Assembly (NCBI GenBank): GCA_965656495.1 | Contig: CBFHKU010000002.1 | Coordinates: 169,161-233,160, forward strand | Direction: 5' to 3' | Length of the DNA: 64,000 nucleotides | DNA from: Coraliomargaritaceae bacterium | GTDB lineage: Bacteria; Verrucomicrobiota; Verrucomicrobiia; Opitutales; Coraliomargaritaceae | In this document: positions 62,301 through 64,000 of the stretch, one piece after another | Position numbering within the stretch: position 1 is the stretch's first letter | How the letters are laid out: each line of letters begins with the position of its first letter | Made by a program: the position numbers and the translations under genes | The notes under the pieces: model-generated | The model's input: the letters and a program-made list of their open reading frames with translations, nothing else | The model's database searches: none | Told to the model about the DNA's origin: nothing

Positions 62301-62963
62301 CCCCGCCCCGGCCTCGGATCCGGCAACCGTCACACCACCCGCCCACAGGCCACCGCCAATCGGGGCACCGTCATGATCCACATAGTAATCGTTGCTGGGG
62401 ACGACTTCGGGACGCCAATCGTATGTACCGGTTTGAATGGCACGTCGCGCCACCACACAGCGCGGCCCCGAGCAGTAGGCGTTTTTGGCCACCAATGACT
62501 CCGCAGCAAGTGAATCCAGAGCAGGGGTTTCATGAATCGTGGGACCATCAATCGCGGAATTACGCAAGGCCACAATGTCTTTGTAGCCCATATCATCTGC
62601 CAGAAAGAAAATGATATTCATTTGCTTGGTGGTGCTGGCACTGCCCAGAAGAACCGCTGCGGAGGTATCATCCGTATTTACAGCGCTAACGCGATAGGTG
62701 TAGCTCGTCTCACTGCTCAAGCCACGATCATAATAATAATTGGCATTTGCCTCGGTGGTCGCAATGAGATCCCAGCTTGCACCATTGAAACGCTCAATTT
62801 CAAAGCCTGTTTCATCGTTTGAATTATCAATCCAGTAAAGGGCGATGGTAGCGGGACCTGCAGGCAAAGCCGCGCCTGCCCCGGGTGCGGTGATGGCTGA
62901 GGCATGGCCCAAGACCAACGTCAGGGTAAGGAAAATCTGAAAACTGAAAAAGCACGCACGCAT
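59307..62963 (-). CDS. Large modular secreted sulfatase (FN3, sulfatase, FN3, Ig/cadherin-like, beta-sandwich, DxDxDG, C-terminal domain)
   Basis: WIDNSNDETGFEIER (FN3), NIIFFLADDMG, PRCVVAR, GKYHLG, AHYAVHTP, SDHGG, GKTWVYEGG, AVDD...LGND...YTIEDG, DPDHDGFSNLEEFAFG. Start placed at MRACFFS. Confidence 0.88.
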   Translation of the reverse strand: MRACFFSFQIFLTLTLVLGHASAITAPGAGAALPAGPATIALYWIDNSNDETGFEIERFNGASWDLIATTEANANYYYDRGLSSETSYTYRVSAVNTDDTSAAVLLGSASTTKQMNIIFFLADDMGYKDIVALRNSAIDGPTIHETPALDSLAAESLVAKNAYCSGPRCVVARRAIQTGTYDWRPEVVPSNDYYVDHDGAPIGGGLWAGGVTVAGSEAGAGVTIPFDNETYGEALKAAGYRTCFIGKYHLGESPSIVPVTGYTFGDQPARGPDMQGYDVSIGAGHAGAPPASYFSVENMHASGSYTFELPNLDDANYGCSAPVPGEYLTDRLTDKAIGFIDDAISNFSDKAFCLTLAHYAVHTPIEAKASDITYFQEKKASMTADFAAHPAGASGLITDYSVRTRVWQDNVVYAAMMRSYDNSLAELRAYLAATDDPRYPGMKLSETTILVVSSDHGGKSTTPIADNKTLEDDTIDAVNSAPTYDPVKGAYKSGSPNAYNSYPTSNYPFRQGKTWVYEGGLKVPLIVYYPGLTPSGERTDAFIHHTDLFATFLDMAGGAQSMNSTDSISFMLTAAKPELSAREELYHFFTNANRGTGNPAIGAYRRGDYKLLYFIVQRRVELYNLAADPYERNNLANSRPDLAAEMFEALYEAVVSHGTKMPKPGSNSWTSEQNEVLLRNGLIPSLPAVPNANPSGLSLAELSPKTVELNWTVNATNATHSVVYRRADALGESAYREHAYLPVETTTFRDYNLIPGGQYRYRIESENLGGWAAGNTGDKLITLSASGTPLAVDAVDDTVTTVPGELRRFNPLGNDEGEGALTITAITPPTAGTATIDGSHILYQAPPGFAGTVSMTYTIEDGASQTDSASVTFNLPQTEVTDLEREAWDFEGEDPGDGLRLLSNSGSLNSDWNINTASKNDVADGSGRFVLNGASGTYTRKLPDAGTLNAKTDSDFYAEPVSTGKHRLEVAFASWSADAASNGDDWQIRLNDATGSRIASMSWRVDSGEAKIQYGGFGGNYRTRAFALIKNDPVTAAVEIDFDNDTIDYLLDGAVIESFTFEGGAIGQLIFSKGGLWATAATTVTLEHIKLTESVPAGTIYDAFVSAYKWDGILATEASQDPDHDGFSNLEEFAFGMSPTQKNSTSPIQIGYQGASPVLEFTPVRDTSGLLYTLQYSVDLVDWETIPQEILASPAGQAVQRDLPEGEKGFARILLNLP

Positions 62964-63237
62964 CGATAGACAATGTATATTACTTTCTCTTATCTCTTGC
63001 GCGCCGCGAATCCTTTGCACAATGAAGGAGTTTGTGATAAAAATGAGCAAACGCACCGCAACCCGCATCTCAGGCATCCGAAAACAACCCAAGAGCAAGA
63101 ACTAACAGCGAGGATTCTAGAGAAGCAAAACCTCCAGAACTACCAACGGCGAACTACCGCCAAGACAACGAGGCGGAGTATATTCTTCATGAGGTCTTTG
63201 GTTTTGATCGATGTAAAAATATAAATTGATGAAAGTG

Positions 63238-64000
63238 CTAAAATTTTCTTAAGCGAAACACTGTTATCACCAAAATAAAGGAGCCAAAACATAACGCAAA
63301 GCCTGCCGGTTCCGGTATTGCCATGAAGCCAAGCGAATCGAGCTCAACCACGTTCCCCGCTTCCCCGGAAAAATCTTTAACCACCAAAGTTTCGGTATAT
63401 TCCGTAACGCCTCCAAAATCCAAAGTGGATGTCTCAACAGTCGTACCGTTCACAATGTAGTTGACCTTACCGCCGAGTAAAAACTCCACCGCAAAGATTT
63501 GCGCGGTATTTTCGGTTAAGCTTACCGCATAATTTCGGAAGAATTTATTATCATCGCTCAGATTGGTAGAAAAACGGATCCGGGCAGTCGTCGCCGAATC
63601 TTTTTCCAGAATCACTTGAGCAAAGGTTTTAGAACTAGCGTCTGCCCCCTCGTTCAACTTAAATGAAATTTTATTATTAACCGCCACATTGGTGAGATCC
63701 CAGCTTGCAAAGTTGACCTCAAAACGGAATGCGCTACCGAGGGTATTCAATCCAATCGAGCTAGCGGGAGTTGCTTTTCGGGTGTATCCTTCATTCCCCG
63801 TAAATCCCAGTTTCTCTGAATTAACAACATCGCCTTGAGTCGTGGTATTATAATTCCATCCACTGCCGATGGAACCGCTATTATTTACGTCTTGAAGGCC
63901 GTCACCATTGGTCGCACCCTTAAAAGACCAATAATCCAGGAGAGAAGACTGGGCATGCAGGGTGAGTGCGCTCAGGCACAGAGCAGAGGCAATGAGGCGG
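63238..64000 (-). CDS. PEP-CTERM protein (start lies just outside the window)
   Basis: The frame stays open to the window edge with signal-peptide text RLIASALCLSALTLHAQ. C-terminal IPEPAGFALCFG, TM and RLRK. Confidence 0.88.
   Translation of the reverse strand, partial: RLIASALCLSALTLHAQSSLLDYWSFKGATNGDGLQDVNNSGSIGSGWNYNTTTQGDVVNSEKLGFTGNEGYTRKATPASSIGLNTLGSAFRFEVNFASWDLTNVAVNNKISFKLNEGADASSKTFAQVILEKDSATTARIRFSTNLSDDNKFFRNYAVSLTENTAQIFAVEFLLGGKVNYIVNGTTVETSTLDFGGVTEYTETLVVKDFSGEAGNVVELDSLGFMAIPEPAGFALCFGSFILVITVFRLRKF

Overview
Bacterial DNA, most likely a marine Verrucomicrobiota genome (Opitutia, Coraliomargarita/Puniceicoccaceae-like). That assignment is inferred from the PEP-CTERM proteins, the sulfatase richness and the fused SecDF, not from a marker gene. 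There are four blocks. (1) 1-27.55 kb is a sulfated-glycan utilisation locus: a split HTCS-type sensor/REC-AraC pair, six Cys-type sulfatases, a GH38-like/HAD/mannose-6-P isomerase operon, an aldo-keto reductase, a LacI regulator with five candidate AAACGT-centred operators, a clan GH-A-like hydrolase, a GH71/99-like lipoprotein, an SSS transporter and a beta-helix protein. (2) 27.6-29.5 kb is tRNA-Pro(UGG) followed by tRNA-linked repeats, one interrupted by an AAA+/DUF4143 ATPase gene and an integrase remnant. (3) 29.5-52.6 kb is core genes (pdxJ, recJ, secDF, yajC, menA, two ExbB/ExbD sets, tmk, holB, SRAP, leuCD, HU, ygfZ, DAHP synthase), with an AT-rich PEP-CTERM gene inserted between tmk and holB. 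(4) 52.6-64 kb is an accessory block: Fic protein with tandem operators, two secreted sulfatases with related C-terminal domains, a GH94 phosphorylase, and a domain shared by neighbouring proteins. The best candidate for an undescribed system is the GH38-fold enzyme that has lost its catalytic nucleophile Asp but keeps the Zn ligands and acid residue. It is co-transcribed with a beta-PGM-like HAD and phosphomannose isomerase, which suggests a possible phosphorolytic, kinase-free alpha-mannoside pathway (hypothesis). All family assignments come from motif recognition by eye; no searches were run.
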